Assembly: GCA_002716945.1 (NCBI GenBank)
Contig: PBCF01000002.1
Span: 206,404 to 270,403 of the forward strand
DNA: 64,000 nucleotides
Direction of reading: 5' to 3'
Source of the DNA: Gammaproteobacteria bacterium
Lineage (GTDB): Bacteria > Pseudomonadota > Gammaproteobacteria > GCA-002705445 > GCA-002716945
Below, piece by piece: positions 1-11,699 of the stretch. The position numbers and the translations under genes were made by a program. Under the pieces are notes generated by a model. It was not told where the DNA came from. It saw nothing but the letters and a program-made list of their open reading frames with translations, and ran no database searches. Position 1 is the stretch's first letter; every line of letters begins with the position of its first letter.

Positions 1-978
1 CACTTGGCTTTAGGAGGATTATATAGGAGAAGAGGTGAATTTGATAAAGCCATATTAATTCATCAAAATTTATTATCAAGACCTACATTAGAACAAGAAT
101 TAAAGAACCAGGCGAATTATGAATTAGCAAGAGATTTCTTTTCTGCAGGCCTATATGACAGATCTGAAAAAATTTTCAAAGATTTGTCAGAAAATAAAAC
201 TTACAGACAATCGTCGCTTGAATATCTTTTGTTAATTTATGAATTAATGAAAGATTGGGACAAAGCTATTGATTTTGCGAAGAGCTTAGGTGTTGAAAAA
301 TATAACGGTACATCGGTAGATGCTCTAGTTGCACAGTATCATTGTGAGAAATCAGACATGTATTTATCTGCAAGTGAAATTGATAGGGCAATCGCTATTT
401 CAAAAAAAGCATTGAAAATAAATCCGAAATGTATAAGAGCAAATATACAACTTGCTGAAAATAATATAAATAATGATATGCAATTATCTATCGAATATTA
501 CCTAGAAATAATCCAACAAGATATAAGGTTTGGTTTTTTTGTTATTACAAAAATCCTTGATATCGCTAAAAAACTAGATGATCAAAACTTCACAAATAAT
601 ATTATAGATAAAATCACACAAAATACTCAACTAGGCTTTTTACCAGAAATCTATATATACTTACATCATCAAAATAATCAAGAATCTGCAGAATTTTATG
701 CAAGCAAATATGATAAGCATAATGATGTAAATAGATTTATTGTTAGTTTAACTAAAATGCAACTTCTGTCATCTGATGAAGAGACTCCGTTAACATCAAA
801 AATTTCTGAATCATTTAATCAATTAAGCACAAATCATCTAGGATATATTTGTTCCAATTGTGGCTATAAATCTAAAACTTTAAATTGGAATTGTCCGAGT
901 TGTAATAAATGGGAATCAATTGTTCCAAATTCATTAATTGATATACTAGACAATAAAAGTGAGACGATAAATGTATGA
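1..978 (+). CDS. lapB: Lipopolysaccharide assembly protein B (LapB/YciM), 5'-truncated at the window edge
   Basis: ORF is open from nt 4 with no start inside the window. It has TPR-like helical repeats and a C-terminal rubredoxin-like metal finger (CSNCGYKS...CPSCNKW). It is followed by pyrF, as in the yciM-pyrF arrangement. Confidence 0.8.
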   Translation, partial: HLALGGLYRRRGEFDKAILIHQNLLSRPTLEQELKNQANYELARDFFSAGLYDRSEKIFKDLSENKTYRQSSLEYLLLIYELMKDWDKAIDFAKSLGVEKYNGTSVDALVAQYHCEKSDMYLSASEIDRAIAISKKALKINPKCIRANIQLAENNINNDMQLSIEYYLEIIQQDIRFGFFVITKILDIAKKLDDQNFTNNIIDKITQNTQLGFLPEIYIYLHHQNNQESAEFYASKYDKHNDVNRFIVSLTKMQLLSSDEETPLTSKISESFNQLSTNHLGYICSNCGYKSKTLNWNCPSCNKWESIVPNSLIDILDNKSETINV

Positions 979-1702
979 CAAGAATATAATAGTTGCTCTT
1001 GATTATGATGATGAAAAAAGGATATATGATTTATGTAATCAAATTGATCCATCGTTATGTAGAGTCAAAATTGGGAAACAAGCTTTCACAAAATTTGGAC
1101 CTAAATTAGTAGAAAATCTTCATACAAAAAAATTTGAAATTTTCTTAGATTTAAAATTTCATGATATTCCCACTACTGTGTATAAAGCTTGTGTTGAAGC
1201 ATTTAGTTTAGGAATATGGATGCTCAATGTACATCTTTTAGGCGGTAATGAAATGGTTCATTCTGCAAGACAGGCACGAGATGAAATTAATATTGCAGCG
1301 AAGATTATTGGCGTGACACTGCTTACCAGCACTACTGATGAAAATCTCAAGAATATAGGTTTGAAAGAAAGATCTGATATAGTTAAAGGATTAGCAATGA
1401 TTGCATCAAAATCCAATATAGATGGGGTTGTGTGCACTCCAAAAGATATCAAAATAATAAGAGAAATTAACAAAAAATTATTATTTGTTACACCAGGAAT
1501 AAGACTAGACGCTAATAAAAATGAACATACACAGGTCTATAGTCCACGAGACGCCATTAAATTGGGAGCAGATTATATTGTTATTGGTAGGCCAATCACT
1601 GAAGCAAAAAACCCGAAAGATATATTACAAAATATTATTAAAACAATTAATGAAATTTCCAATCAAAATATATCAACAAAAGAAGGACTAGATAGTCAAT
1701 AA
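971..1702 (+). CDS. pyrF: Orotidine 5'-phosphate decarboxylase
   Basis: 243-aa ORF with OMP-decarboxylase motifs (IVALDYDD, DLKFHDIPTT, IVIGRPI). It overlaps the lapB stop by 8 nt. Confidence 0.9.
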   Translation: MYDKNIIVALDYDDEKRIYDLCNQIDPSLCRVKIGKQAFTKFGPKLVENLHTKKFEIFLDLKFHDIPTTVYKACVEAFSLGIWMLNVHLLGGNEMVHSARQARDEINIAAKIIGVTLLTSTTDENLKNIGLKERSDIVKGLAMIASKSNIDGVVCTPKDIKIIREINKKLLFVTPGIRLDANKNEHTQVYSPRDAIKLGADYIVIGRPITEAKNPKDILQNIIKTINEISNQNISTKEGLDSQ

Positions 1703-2677
1703 ATCCAAGTAATCTTGTTTATGAGAAAGTTTAGCACCGTATTGTTCTATAATTTTTCCAGAACAATGGTTCGCAAATTTCAAAGCATTTAATACATTAT
1801 TATCTTTCTCTCTACTGTAAATAAAAGATGCGAGAAACATATCACCTGCTCCAGTTAAATCAACAGGATTAGCTTTTATTGCTTCAACATTCACAGTTCC
1901 ATGCGTATCAGAGAAGAGAGATCCTTTTTCGCCCAATGTTATAATTATTTCGTTAGAATATTTTTTTAAGAAATTTACTGCATCAGATAAATTATCTGTT
2001 TTTGAAATATTGTATGCTTCATTTTCATTACAAAAAACCATATCAAGGTGTTGATCCATCAACATTATAATATTTTCGTGAAAGAACTTAACTATATTTG
2101 GATCAGACAAGGTTAATATTTTTTTTGTTTTCAATGCTGATGCTTTTTCAAATGCATGTTTAGCCACATCAGTAGTTGTAGTTGATGATACTAAATAACC
2201 TTCAACTAATACATACTTGGAATTTTTTATCATCTCTGTTGAAATATCTTCATGTCTCAAATCTGCAGACGATCCCAAGTAGGTATACATTGTTCTTTCA
2301 TTATCATCAGTAATCAATACTAAACATTCTCCTGTCTCATACATGTTAGATTTTATGATTTTAGTATTTACGCCAATTTTCTCTAGTGATTTAATAAAAA
2401 TGTTACCAGATTTATCATCAGTAACTTTACCTGAAAAAGCTACATTAAGATTTAATTGCGCGAGCGTATATATAGAATTTGCAACAGAACCACCTGGCAT
2501 AACTTTGATATCTTTAAATTTATTTTTAATTTCTGAATGTATTCTAATATGATTTTCTCTATCATTTAGCTCCATACATCCTTTTGTTAAATTAATTTCA
2601 TTCAGAAAGTCTTCTGATACTCTGTATTCGTAATCTAATAAGGCGTTTCCAATTGCATATATAATTGAATTTTTCAT
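1688..2677 (-). CDS. PfkB-family carbohydrate/nucleoside kinase (adenosine kinase or ribokinase-like)
   Basis: 329-aa ORF with the PfkB signature near the C-terminus (VDLTGAGDMFLASFI) and an N-terminal GG motif (MPGGSVANS). It overlaps the pyrF end convergently by 15 nt. Confidence 0.7.
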   Translation of the reverse strand: MKNSIIYAIGNALLDYEYRVSEDFLNEINLTKGCMELNDRENHIRIHSEIKNKFKDIKVMPGGSVANSIYTLAQLNLNVAFSGKVTDDKSGNIFIKSLEKIGVNTKIIKSNMYETGECLVLITDDNERTMYTYLGSSADLRHEDISTEMIKNSKYVLVEGYLVSSTTTTDVAKHAFEKASALKTKKILTLSDPNIVKFFHENIIMLMDQHLDMVFCNENEAYNISKTDNLSDAVNFLKKYSNEIIITLGEKGSLFSDTHGTVNVEAIKANPVDLTGAGDMFLASFIYSREKDNNVLNALKFANHCSGKIIEQYGAKLSHKQDYLDLLTI

Positions 2678-2684
2678 AATCTCA

Positions 2685-2768
2685 TACCACTGATCGGACT
2701 CGAACCGATACTTTCTTGCGAAAAAGGGATTTTGAGTCCCTCGTGTCTACCAATTCCACCACAGTGGC
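2685..2768 (-). tRNA. tRNA-Leu (anticodon CAA)
   Basis: The reverse complement folds as a cloverleaf GCCACTG...CAGTGGT-A. It has a 7-bp acceptor stem, a long variable arm typical of class II tRNA, the anticodon loop ACUCAAAA and T-loop GGTTCGAGTCC. No CCA is encoded. Confidence 0.85.
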
Positions 2769-2770
2769 TC

Positions 2771-3214
2771 TTATTGATTTTTTTCTTTAGCTTCTTTAGC
2801 TAATTTTGCCATCTCAGGTGTGTATGCTTCACCTTGCCATAACATATCATATACGATCTCTTCATTACCATTTTCACATACATCAATTACTTTTTGAAAA
2901 AGTGGTTGAAAGCTATCGCTTTTATGTGAATTTTCATGATCTTCATAAGAATTCCAAAATGTAATAATCAAAGCTTCTCTATCCTTAAACTCGCTATCTA
3001 ATGCTTTTCCTCTATCACTGCCTTCATTGGAGATTTGACCACTATTTAAGACAACCATTCCCCCTAGAAACCCTGTTTCAGAATGATAAGTTTTAACATT
3101 TTCACACATTAGAGCCACTCTTTCTTGTAAATCATCTATATTAAATTCTTTCTTGAGTATAACTCTATTGATAGTTACTATTCCGCCGTGTGGAAAATTA
3201 TTAATGAGTGCCAT
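2771..3214 (-). CDS. Hypothetical protein, possibly an ABM (antibiotic-biosynthesis-monooxygenase-like) fold
   Basis: 147-aa ORF transcribed divergently from queA. I see only weak family resemblance (ITFWNSYEDHENSHKS) and did not recognise a strong motif. Confidence 0.35.
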   Translation of the reverse strand: MALINNFPHGGIVTINRVILKKEFNIDDLQERVALMCENVKTYHSETGFLGGMVVLNSGQISNEGSDRGKALDSEFKDREALIITFWNSYEDHENSHKSDSFQPLFQKVIDVCENGNEEIVYDMLWQGEAYTPEMAKLAKEAKEKNQ

Positions 3215-3276
3215 TCATCAATTAATATCAAATTTCTTTTTGAAATGCAAACATTGTATTTTATAATTTTTATACC

Positions 3277-5414
<2,138 letters not shown>

Positions 5415-5415
5415 T

Positions 5416-5736
5416 GTGGAAATAATAAGCACGGCACATGCAGCGGTACAACAAGAGCCTTCAGCGTTAGGTTTTTTGTTACCAATATTCATCTTGGTTC
5501 TCATGTATTTTATTTTAATTAGACCACAATCTAAAAAAATCAAAGAACATAAACTAATGATTAATGATCTAAAAGTCGGTGATGAAATTGCAACTTCTGG
5601 TGGAATTTATGGCAAGATTACAAAAATTAGTGAAACATACATCATATTAAAAATTAGCTCAGATGTTGTTATAACACTTGAAAAGAATTCTGTAGGTAAG
5701 ATTTTGCCAAAAAAATCATTGGAGCATATTAGATAG
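5416..5736 (+). CDS. yajC: Preprotein translocase subunit YajC
   Basis: 106-aa protein with one TM helix, upstream of secD. Confidence 0.9.
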   Translation: MEIISTAHAAVQQEPSALGFLLPIFILVLMYFILIRPQSKKIKEHKLMINDLKVGDEIATSGGIYGKITKISETYIILKISSDVVITLEKNSVGKILPKKSLEHIR

Positions 5737-7536
5737 ATGGAAAACTACCCTAAATGGAAATATATTCTAGTTATTGTCGTGCTAATGTTTTCCGTTATAT
5801 ATTCTTTACCGAATATATATAGCAGTTATCCTTCTCTAGAGATTGTTTCAAAAAATAAGGCAATTAATAAAGAATATATTGAATCTTTGTCAGATGAGTT
5901 AACGCAACAAAATATAGAAATTTTAGATCATTCTATAGAAGATAAAAAAGGATTTTTAATATTTTCCAATATAAACGAACAACTTAGAGCTTATGATTAT
6001 TTTTATAAAAATAATGATTTAAAAGCAACTCTTACGAGCTATTCGTCTGTACCAGAATGGCTGACATCTATAAATGCATATCCAATGTTTCTTGGACTAG
6101 ATTTAAAAGGAGGGGTGCATTTTCTTTTGCAAATTGATGTCAGTAATATTGAAAAAAATTTACTTTTAGAAATAAAGAATGATGTCAAAAAGTTTTTAAT
6201 TTTGAAAAAATATAGATATGATTCAATTTATATTATTAAAAATAATGTAAATATTCCAATCCAAAATGTTTCTTCTATTCCTCAAGTTATTAAAGATATT
6301 AATGAAGAATTTCCATCTTTAGTTATATCTAAATCAAATAAATCTGAAAATGTTCTATTAATTACTTATGATAACGAATCTTTGTCGCGTGACATTAAGA
6401 GTGCATTAGCAAAAAATTTAGCTATATTGAGATCTAGGGTAGATGAATTAGGTGTATCACAACCAGTTATACAGCAACAAGGAAAGGATAGAATTATTGT
6501 TCAATTGCCAGGATTGCAAGACTCGACAAGAGCTAAAACTATTTTAGGTTCAACAGCGACATTAGAATTTAGATTAACTAAAGGAGTGCCTGTAGATTGG
6601 TTAGAATCAAAGAAAAAAGGTAAATCTATATTAAATAATGCTTTATTATATGAACAAAGGATTGGTGGCCCCATCTTGTTGTCAAGACAGATTATTGTGG
6701 GCGGAAAAGATATAAAGGGAGCAAATTCAGGGTTTGATTCTGTAACTAACTCGCCTGCTGTATTTGTTAATCTGAGTGATTATGGTGCATCAAGAATGCT
6801 CACTACTACATCCAAGAATGTTGGAAATAGAATGGCTGTAATTTTTGTAGAAAAAAATAAAAATGAAGTGATAAATGTTTCTACAATTAGAGAATCATTT
6901 GGGCAAAGATTTCAAATAACTGGTTTAGATTTGGAAGAAGCTAAAGACTTAGCTATTTTATTACGCTCAGGATCGTTAAGCGCACCTATGAGTATTGTTG
7001 AAGAGAGAACTGTCGGCCCAACTTTAGGGCAATATAATATTATCTCTGGAAAACAATCTATGTATTTAGGATTATTATTAGTTTGCTTGTTTATGTTTTT
7101 ATATTATAGATTCTTTGGTTTTGTTTCTATATTAGCCTTGATTGTCAATATTTTATTAATTATTGCAGTACTCTCATTATTTCAAGCAACATTAACTTTA
7201 CCAGGTATAGCAGGAATTGTTTTAACAGTTGGTATGGCAGTAGATGCCAACGTGCTAATTTATGAAAGAATAAGAGAAGAACTATTAAATGGCAATTCAC
7301 CAAACGCTAGTATTTATACTGGATATAAGAAAGCTTTTTCAACAATATCTGATGCAAACCTAACAACGTTGATAGCTGCCATAGCATTATTGACAATCGG
7401 AACAGGAGCTGTGAAGGGCTTTGCTGTAACCCTAGTTATAGGAATTCTTTCATCAATGTTTACAGCTATTGTTGGTACTCGTGCTGTTGTTAGTATAGTT
7501 TATGAAAATAAGAAAAATAATCAGTTATCAATATAA
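5737..7536 (+). CDS. secD: Protein translocase subunit SecD
   Basis: 599 aa with a large periplasmic domain and a C-terminal six-TM RND-like core (GLDLKGG, AGIVLTVGMAVDANVLIYERIREE). Confidence 0.95.
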   Translation: MENYPKWKYILVIVVLMFSVIYSLPNIYSSYPSLEIVSKNKAINKEYIESLSDELTQQNIEILDHSIEDKKGFLIFSNINEQLRAYDYFYKNNDLKATLTSYSSVPEWLTSINAYPMFLGLDLKGGVHFLLQIDVSNIEKNLLLEIKNDVKKFLILKKYRYDSIYIIKNNVNIPIQNVSSIPQVIKDINEEFPSLVISKSNKSENVLLITYDNESLSRDIKSALAKNLAILRSRVDELGVSQPVIQQQGKDRIIVQLPGLQDSTRAKTILGSTATLEFRLTKGVPVDWLESKKKGKSILNNALLYEQRIGGPILLSRQIIVGGKDIKGANSGFDSVTNSPAVFVNLSDYGASRMLTTTSKNVGNRMAVIFVEKNKNEVINVSTIRESFGQRFQITGLDLEEAKDLAILLRSGSLSAPMSIVEERTVGPTLGQYNIISGKQSMYLGLLLVCLFMFLYYRFFGFVSILALIVNILLIIAVLSLFQATLTLPGIAGIVLTVGMAVDANVLIYERIREELLNGNSPNASIYTGYKKAFSTISDANLTTLIAAIALLTIGTGAVKGFAVTLVIGILSSMFTAIVGTRAVVSIVYENKKNNQLSI

Positions 7537-8420
7537 TGTTTTCATTAGTTAAAAAAAATATAAATTTTGATTTTCTAGGATTGAGAACTCCTGCTTTAAT
7601 TATTTCTTCAATTTTCTTACTTGTCAGTATAGTTAGTTTTAGCACTAAAGGATTGAATTGGGGTATAGATTTTTCTAGTGGATATGTTATTCAATTAAAA
7701 TTTAATCAGAATATTAATATATCTGAAATTAGAAATTCATTTCAGAAGAATGGTTTGAATGATTCTATAATACAGTATTATGGAACAAACAAGGAAGTAA
7801 TTATAAAAATAAAAGATGACAAAGACTTTAAAAAAACTACAATTAATGATTTTTTAAATCAATCAATTAAAGGTGAATTTAAAATTATGAAACTTGAGTT
7901 TGTTGGTAGTCAAATTGGTTCTGAGTTGAGAGAAAAAGGCGAGTGGGCTATGCTGGTCGCATTATTAAGTATACTTGTGTACATTGGTTTTAGATTTGAG
8001 TTCTTATATGGTATTGGGGCTATAATGGCTTTGATTCATGATGTCATAATTACATTAGGTGTTTTTTCAATCATACAATTACAATTTGACTTGAGTGTAC
8101 TTGCTGCTGTTCTTGCAGTAATTGGTTATTCCTTAAATGATACGATAGTAGTTTTTGATCGAATTAGAGAAAATACTAGAACAGTTAAGAAAAATTCATT
8201 CATCGATATATTAAATATTTCTATTAACCAAACACTATCACGAACAATCATTACATCGCTTACTACTTCATTTGTTTTAATATCTCTTCTTGTCTTTGGA
8301 GGTTTAGCGGTTAAATATTTTGCAATTGCAATGTTAATTGGTATATTTATTGGAACTTATTCTTCTATTTTTATTGCTAGTACTAGCTTACATTTATTAG
8401 GGATAGAACAAGAAAAGTAA
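7536..8420 (+). CDS. secF: Protein translocase subunit SecF
   Basis: 294 aa with SecF motifs (GIDFSSG, LNDTIVVFDRIREN). Its start overlaps the secD stop. Confidence 0.95.
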   Translation: MFSLVKKNINFDFLGLRTPALIISSIFLLVSIVSFSTKGLNWGIDFSSGYVIQLKFNQNINISEIRNSFQKNGLNDSIIQYYGTNKEVIIKIKDDKDFKKTTINDFLNQSIKGEFKIMKLEFVGSQIGSELREKGEWAMLVALLSILVYIGFRFEFLYGIGAIMALIHDVIITLGVFSIIQLQFDLSVLAAVLAVIGYSLNDTIVVFDRIRENTRTVKKNSFIDILNISINQTLSRTIITSLTTSFVLISLLVFGGLAVKYFAIAMLIGIFIGTYSSIFIASTSLHLLGIEQEK

Positions 8421-8434
8421 TAAAATTTCTCATC

Positions 8435-9151
8435 ATGTTTGATAATGTCTATATAGTTTTGATCGAAACTTCACATCCCGGTAATATCGGTTCTACAGCA
8501 AGAGCGATGAAAACTATGGGTTTAAAACGCCTGGTTCTTGTTAATCCTAAAAAATTTCCGTCTGAAGAAGCTAATAGTTTAGCTGTTGGATGTAAAGATA
8601 TATTAAAAAAGACAAAAGTTTCTAATAATTTAAATAAAGCAACCGAAAAAACACACATCAATATTGGGTTCAGCGCTAGAAGCAGAAAAGCTAAAATACC
8701 TAATTTAACTATTGATGAGTGTGTGAACCTAATTAATGAAAACCCTAATTTAAAATTTTCTGTTTTATTTGGCAATGAAAAATCAGGTTTATCTAATACT
8801 GAATTATTGATATGTGATTATCTAGTAAATATACCAACTCATAAAGATTACAAATCATTAAATTTATCAGCAGCTGTACAAATATTTGTTTATGATTTAT
8901 ATAAAAAATATATATCATCTAAATATATTGATAAAGCCACATTACAGTTAGCTACTTCCAAAGAAAAACAATATTTCTTAAACAAGCTAATAGAATTAAT
9001 GAAGAATACAAAATATATTACAAATAAAAATGTAAAATCATTAACTAAAAAAATTCATATAATTTTTAATAAAGCAAAGCTTGAAAAAAATGAGGTTAAT
9101 TTATTAATGGGCTTAATTAATTCGCTTGTTAAAACAAATAAAAATAGTTGA
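8435..9151 (+). CDS. trmJ: tRNA (cytidine/uridine-2'-O)-methyltransferase TrmJ (SpoU family)
   Basis: 238-aa SpoU/TrmH-fold protein (IVLIETSHPGNIGSTARAM, LFGNEKSGL). It lies immediately upstream of iscR, as in E. coli trmJ-iscRSUA. Confidence 0.85.
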   Translation: MFDNVYIVLIETSHPGNIGSTARAMKTMGLKRLVLVNPKKFPSEEANSLAVGCKDILKKTKVSNNLNKATEKTHINIGFSARSRKAKIPNLTIDECVNLINENPNLKFSVLFGNEKSGLSNTELLICDYLVNIPTHKDYKSLNLSAAVQIFVYDLYKKYISSKYIDKATLQLATSKEKQYFLNKLIELMKNTKYITNKNVKSLTKKIHIIFNKAKLEKNEVNLLMGLINSLVKTNKNS

Positions 9152-9168
9152 TAAAAATAGTCAAGTAT
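9144..9168 (+). promoter_or_regulatory. IscR type-1 operator (autoregulatory box of the isc operon)
   Basis: ATAGTTGATAAAAATAGTCAAGTAT matches the published type-1 consensus ATASYYGACTRwwwYAGTCRRSTAT at 23 of 25 positions. It lies 18 bp upstream of the iscR ATG and overlaps the trmJ stop codon. Confidence 0.7.
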
Positions 9169-9185
9169 AGCATAATCAAAATACT

Positions 9186-10868
9186 ATGAGACTTACCACT
9201 AAAGGGAGATATGCAATAACAGCTATGCTTGATGTTGCTATTAATGGACCTGCTAAAGCGGTTGCATTGCATGATATATCAAATAGACAATCAATATCAT
9301 TGTCTTATTTAGAGCAGTTATTTTCAAAATTAAGGAATGCTAAACTCGTAAAAAGTCAAAGAGGCCCTGGTGGTGGTTATTTGCTAGCAAAAAGCTCTAA
9401 CGCAATAAGTCTTTTTGATGTAATAACTGCTGTAGATGAAAAAATTGATCAAACTCAATGTGGTGGTGAAATGAATTGTAATGATTCACGTCCATGTTTA
9501 ACACATTATGTGTGGACTGACCTTAACACACAAATAAATGATTATATGAAAAATATCTCTTTAGAAAATGTTATTTCTAGAGATGAAGTTAGACAAATTA
9601 TAGAAATGCGTGATACAAAAAATCTTTCTTATCTTGGAACTAAAGAAAATAATTTTGATACACCTATTTATTTAGATTATTCTGCCACAACACCTGTTGA
9701 TCCACGTGTAGCAAAAAAAATGTCGGAATGTTTAACGATAGAAGGAATATTCGGTAATCCTGCATCACGTTCTCATCCATATGGATGGGATAGTGAAAAA
9801 CTAGTTGATGAAGCTAGGAAAAATGTTGCATCAGTTATAAAGGCTGATACTAGAGAAATCATATGGACAAGTGGCGCTACAGAATCTGATAATCTTGCTA
9901 TCAAAGGTGCTGCATACTTTTATAAAGAAAAGGGCAATCATCTTATTACTTTATCCACTGAACATAAAGCTGTTTTAGATACTATGAGGTACTTAGAGTC
10001 GGATGGTTTTGAAGTAACTTATCTTGATCCTAATAATGATGGGTTATTAGATTTAAATGTTTTGAAAAAAGCGATAAAACCTTCGACAATTTTAGTCTCA
10101 GTAATGCATGTAAACAATGAAATAGGAGTTGTTCAGGACATCGAAGCTATTGGTAAACTTTGTAGAGATAAAAAAATAATTTTACATGTTGATGCTGCGC
10201 AAAGCCCTGGTAAAGTTCCCATAGATGTTGAAAAATTTAATGTTGACTTAATGTCGCTTTCAGCTCATAAAGTTTATGGCCCTAAAGGAATAGGTGCGCT
10301 TTATGTTAGAAGAAAACCTAGAATACGTTTACAACCACAAATTCATGGAGGTGGTCATGAGAGAGGTTTTAGATCTGGAACTCTACCCACCCATCAGATA
10401 GTTGGCATGGGTGAAGCATTTAAATATGCTGGATTAGAAATGAAATCAGATAATATAAAAATAAAGAAACTTAGAGATAAACTATGGAGTGGGTTAAAAG
10501 ATATTGAAGAAATATATTTAAATGGTGATTTAGAACAAAGAATTCCAGGTAATCTAAATATAAGTTTTAATTATATTGAAGGGGAAAGTTTAATGATGGC
10601 TACAAAAGATTTGGCAGTTTCATCTGGATCTGCATGCACGTCGGCTAGTCTAGAACCAAGCTATGTTCTTCGTGCATTAGGAAGAGATGATGAACTTGCA
10701 CATAGTTCAATTCGTTTAACTATTGGCAAATATACAACAGAAGATCAAATAAAACATGCAATTAAGGTGTTGCGTGAATCTGTCAGTAAACTTAGAGCAT
10801 TATCTCCGTTGTGGGAAATGTATAAAGATGGAATAGATTTAAAATCAGTAAAATGGACGAGTCATTAG
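9186..10868 (+). CDS. iscR-iscS: IscR (Rrf2-family Fe-S regulator) fused in-frame to cysteine desulfurase IscS
   Basis: A single 560-aa ORF. The N-terminal ~140 aa is IscR ([17 protein letters not shown], wHTH, cluster ligands C-x5-C-x5-C-x2-H in [17 protein letters not shown]). A ~20-aa linker follows. The rest is full-length IscS ([54 protein letters not shown]). There is no stop between the two parts, and both other frames are closed across 9600-9680. Confidence 0.8.
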   Translation: MRLTTKGRYAITAMLDVAINGPAKAVALHDISNRQSISLSYLEQLFSKLRNAKLVKSQRGPGGGYLLAKSSNAISLFDVITAVDEKIDQTQCGGEMNCNDSRPCLTHYVWTDLNTQINDYMKNISLENVISRDEVRQIIEMRDTKNLSYLGTKENNFDTPIYLDYSATTPVDPRVAKKMSECLTIEGIFGNPASRSHPYGWDSEKLVDEARKNVASVIKADTREIIWTSGATESDNLAIKGAAYFYKEKGNHLITLSTEHKAVLDTMRYLESDGFEVTYLDPNNDGLLDLNVLKKAIKPSTILVSVMHVNNEIGVVQDIEAIGKLCRDKKIILHVDAAQSPGKVPIDVEKFNVDLMSLSAHKVYGPKGIGALYVRRKPRIRLQPQIHGGGHERGFRSGTLPTHQIVGMGEAFKYAGLEMKSDNIKIKKLRDKLWSGLKDIEEIYLNGDLEQRIPGNLNISFNYIEGESLMMATKDLAVSSGSACTSASLEPSYVLRALGRDDELAHSSIRLTIGKYTTEDQIKHAIKVLRESVSKLRALSPLWEMYKDGIDLKSVKWTSH

Positions 10869-10869
10869 G

Positions 10870-11193
10870 ATGTCTATATCAGTTACACAAATTGCAGCTA
10901 AACATGTACAAAAGCATATTGCTAAACGTGGCAAAGGAGTTGGAATTAGGCTGGGTGTAAAAACTACTGGGTGTTCAGGATTGGCGTATGTTATTGAATA
11001 TGCGGATAAAATAGAAAAAGATGATTTAGTATTTGATGATAGAGGCATCAAATTAATTATTAATCCAAAAAGTTATGTTTATCTTAAAGGAACTCAACTT
11101 GATTTTACAAAAGAAGGTTTAAATGAAGGTTTTAAGTTTAAAAATCCAAATGTTAAAGATGTTTGTGGATGTGGTGAGAGTTTTAATGTTTGA
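10870..11193 (+). CDS. iscA: Iron-sulfur cluster assembly protein IscA (HesB family)
   Basis: 107 aa with cluster-ligand cysteines C...CGCGESF at the C-terminus. It starts 2 nt after the iscS stop, so there is no room for iscU. Confidence 0.9.
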   Translation: MSISVTQIAAKHVQKHIAKRGKGVGIRLGVKTTGCSGLAYVIEYADKIEKDDLVFDDRGIKLIINPKSYVYLKGTQLDFTKEGLNEGFKFKNPNVKDVCGCGESFNV

Positions 11194-11696
11194 TGGATAT
11201 TCTAAAAAAGAATTATTTTGATTTATTTGGTATAGAAATTAGTATTGAAATTAAGAAATCTACTTTAGAAAAAAAATACAAAGAACTTCAAAGACAATTT
11301 CATCCTGACAAATATTCTCAATCTACTACTCATGAGAAAAAGATTTCTGCTCAAATATCATCTTATATTAATGATGCTTATATAACATTAAGTGATTTAA
11401 TAAAAAGAATTAATTATATATTAAAAATTAACAACTTTAATAAAGATGAATCAGTTACCCTTAAAAATGAAGACTTTCTTATTGAACAAATTGACCATAA
11501 TGAATTTATTGAAAATATCAATAGTAAAACTGCAAAAGAAATAAAAAATTATAAGGATGATATAGTCAAAAAACTATCGTCTACAATAATAGAAATTAAG
11601 TCATATTATGAAAAAAAAGACTTTCAAAAAGTATGGGAAGAACTTTCAAAATTACAGTTTTATGTAAATCATATTAATAAACTTGAGGGAACATAA
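11190..11696 (+). CDS. hscB: Co-chaperone HscB
   Basis: 168-aa J-domain protein with the HPD motif (QRQFHPDKY). It overlaps iscA by 4 nt. Confidence 0.85.
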   Translation: MMDILKKNYFDLFGIEISIEIKKSTLEKKYKELQRQFHPDKYSQSTTHEKKISAQISSYINDAYITLSDLIKRINYILKINNFNKDESVTLKNEDFLIEQIDHNEFIENINSKTAKEIKNYKDDIVKKLSSTIIEIKSYYEKKDFQKVWEELSKLQFYVNHINKLEGT

Positions 11697-11699
11697 CAT

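Noticed and set aside
864-1052. Antisense or embedded short ORFs inside strongly supported genes. Examples are 864-1052(-), 1258-1473(-), 2343-2552(+), 3936-4142(-), 8449-8775(-), 11822-12202(-), 21628-21951(-), 35070-35426(-), 36600-36908(-), 42969-43385(-) and 53310-53495(-).
   Set aside because: They lie opposite or within ORFs that have unmistakable family motifs and synteny. Their products are low-complexity I/L/S/F-rich strings typical of random frames in AT-rich DNA.
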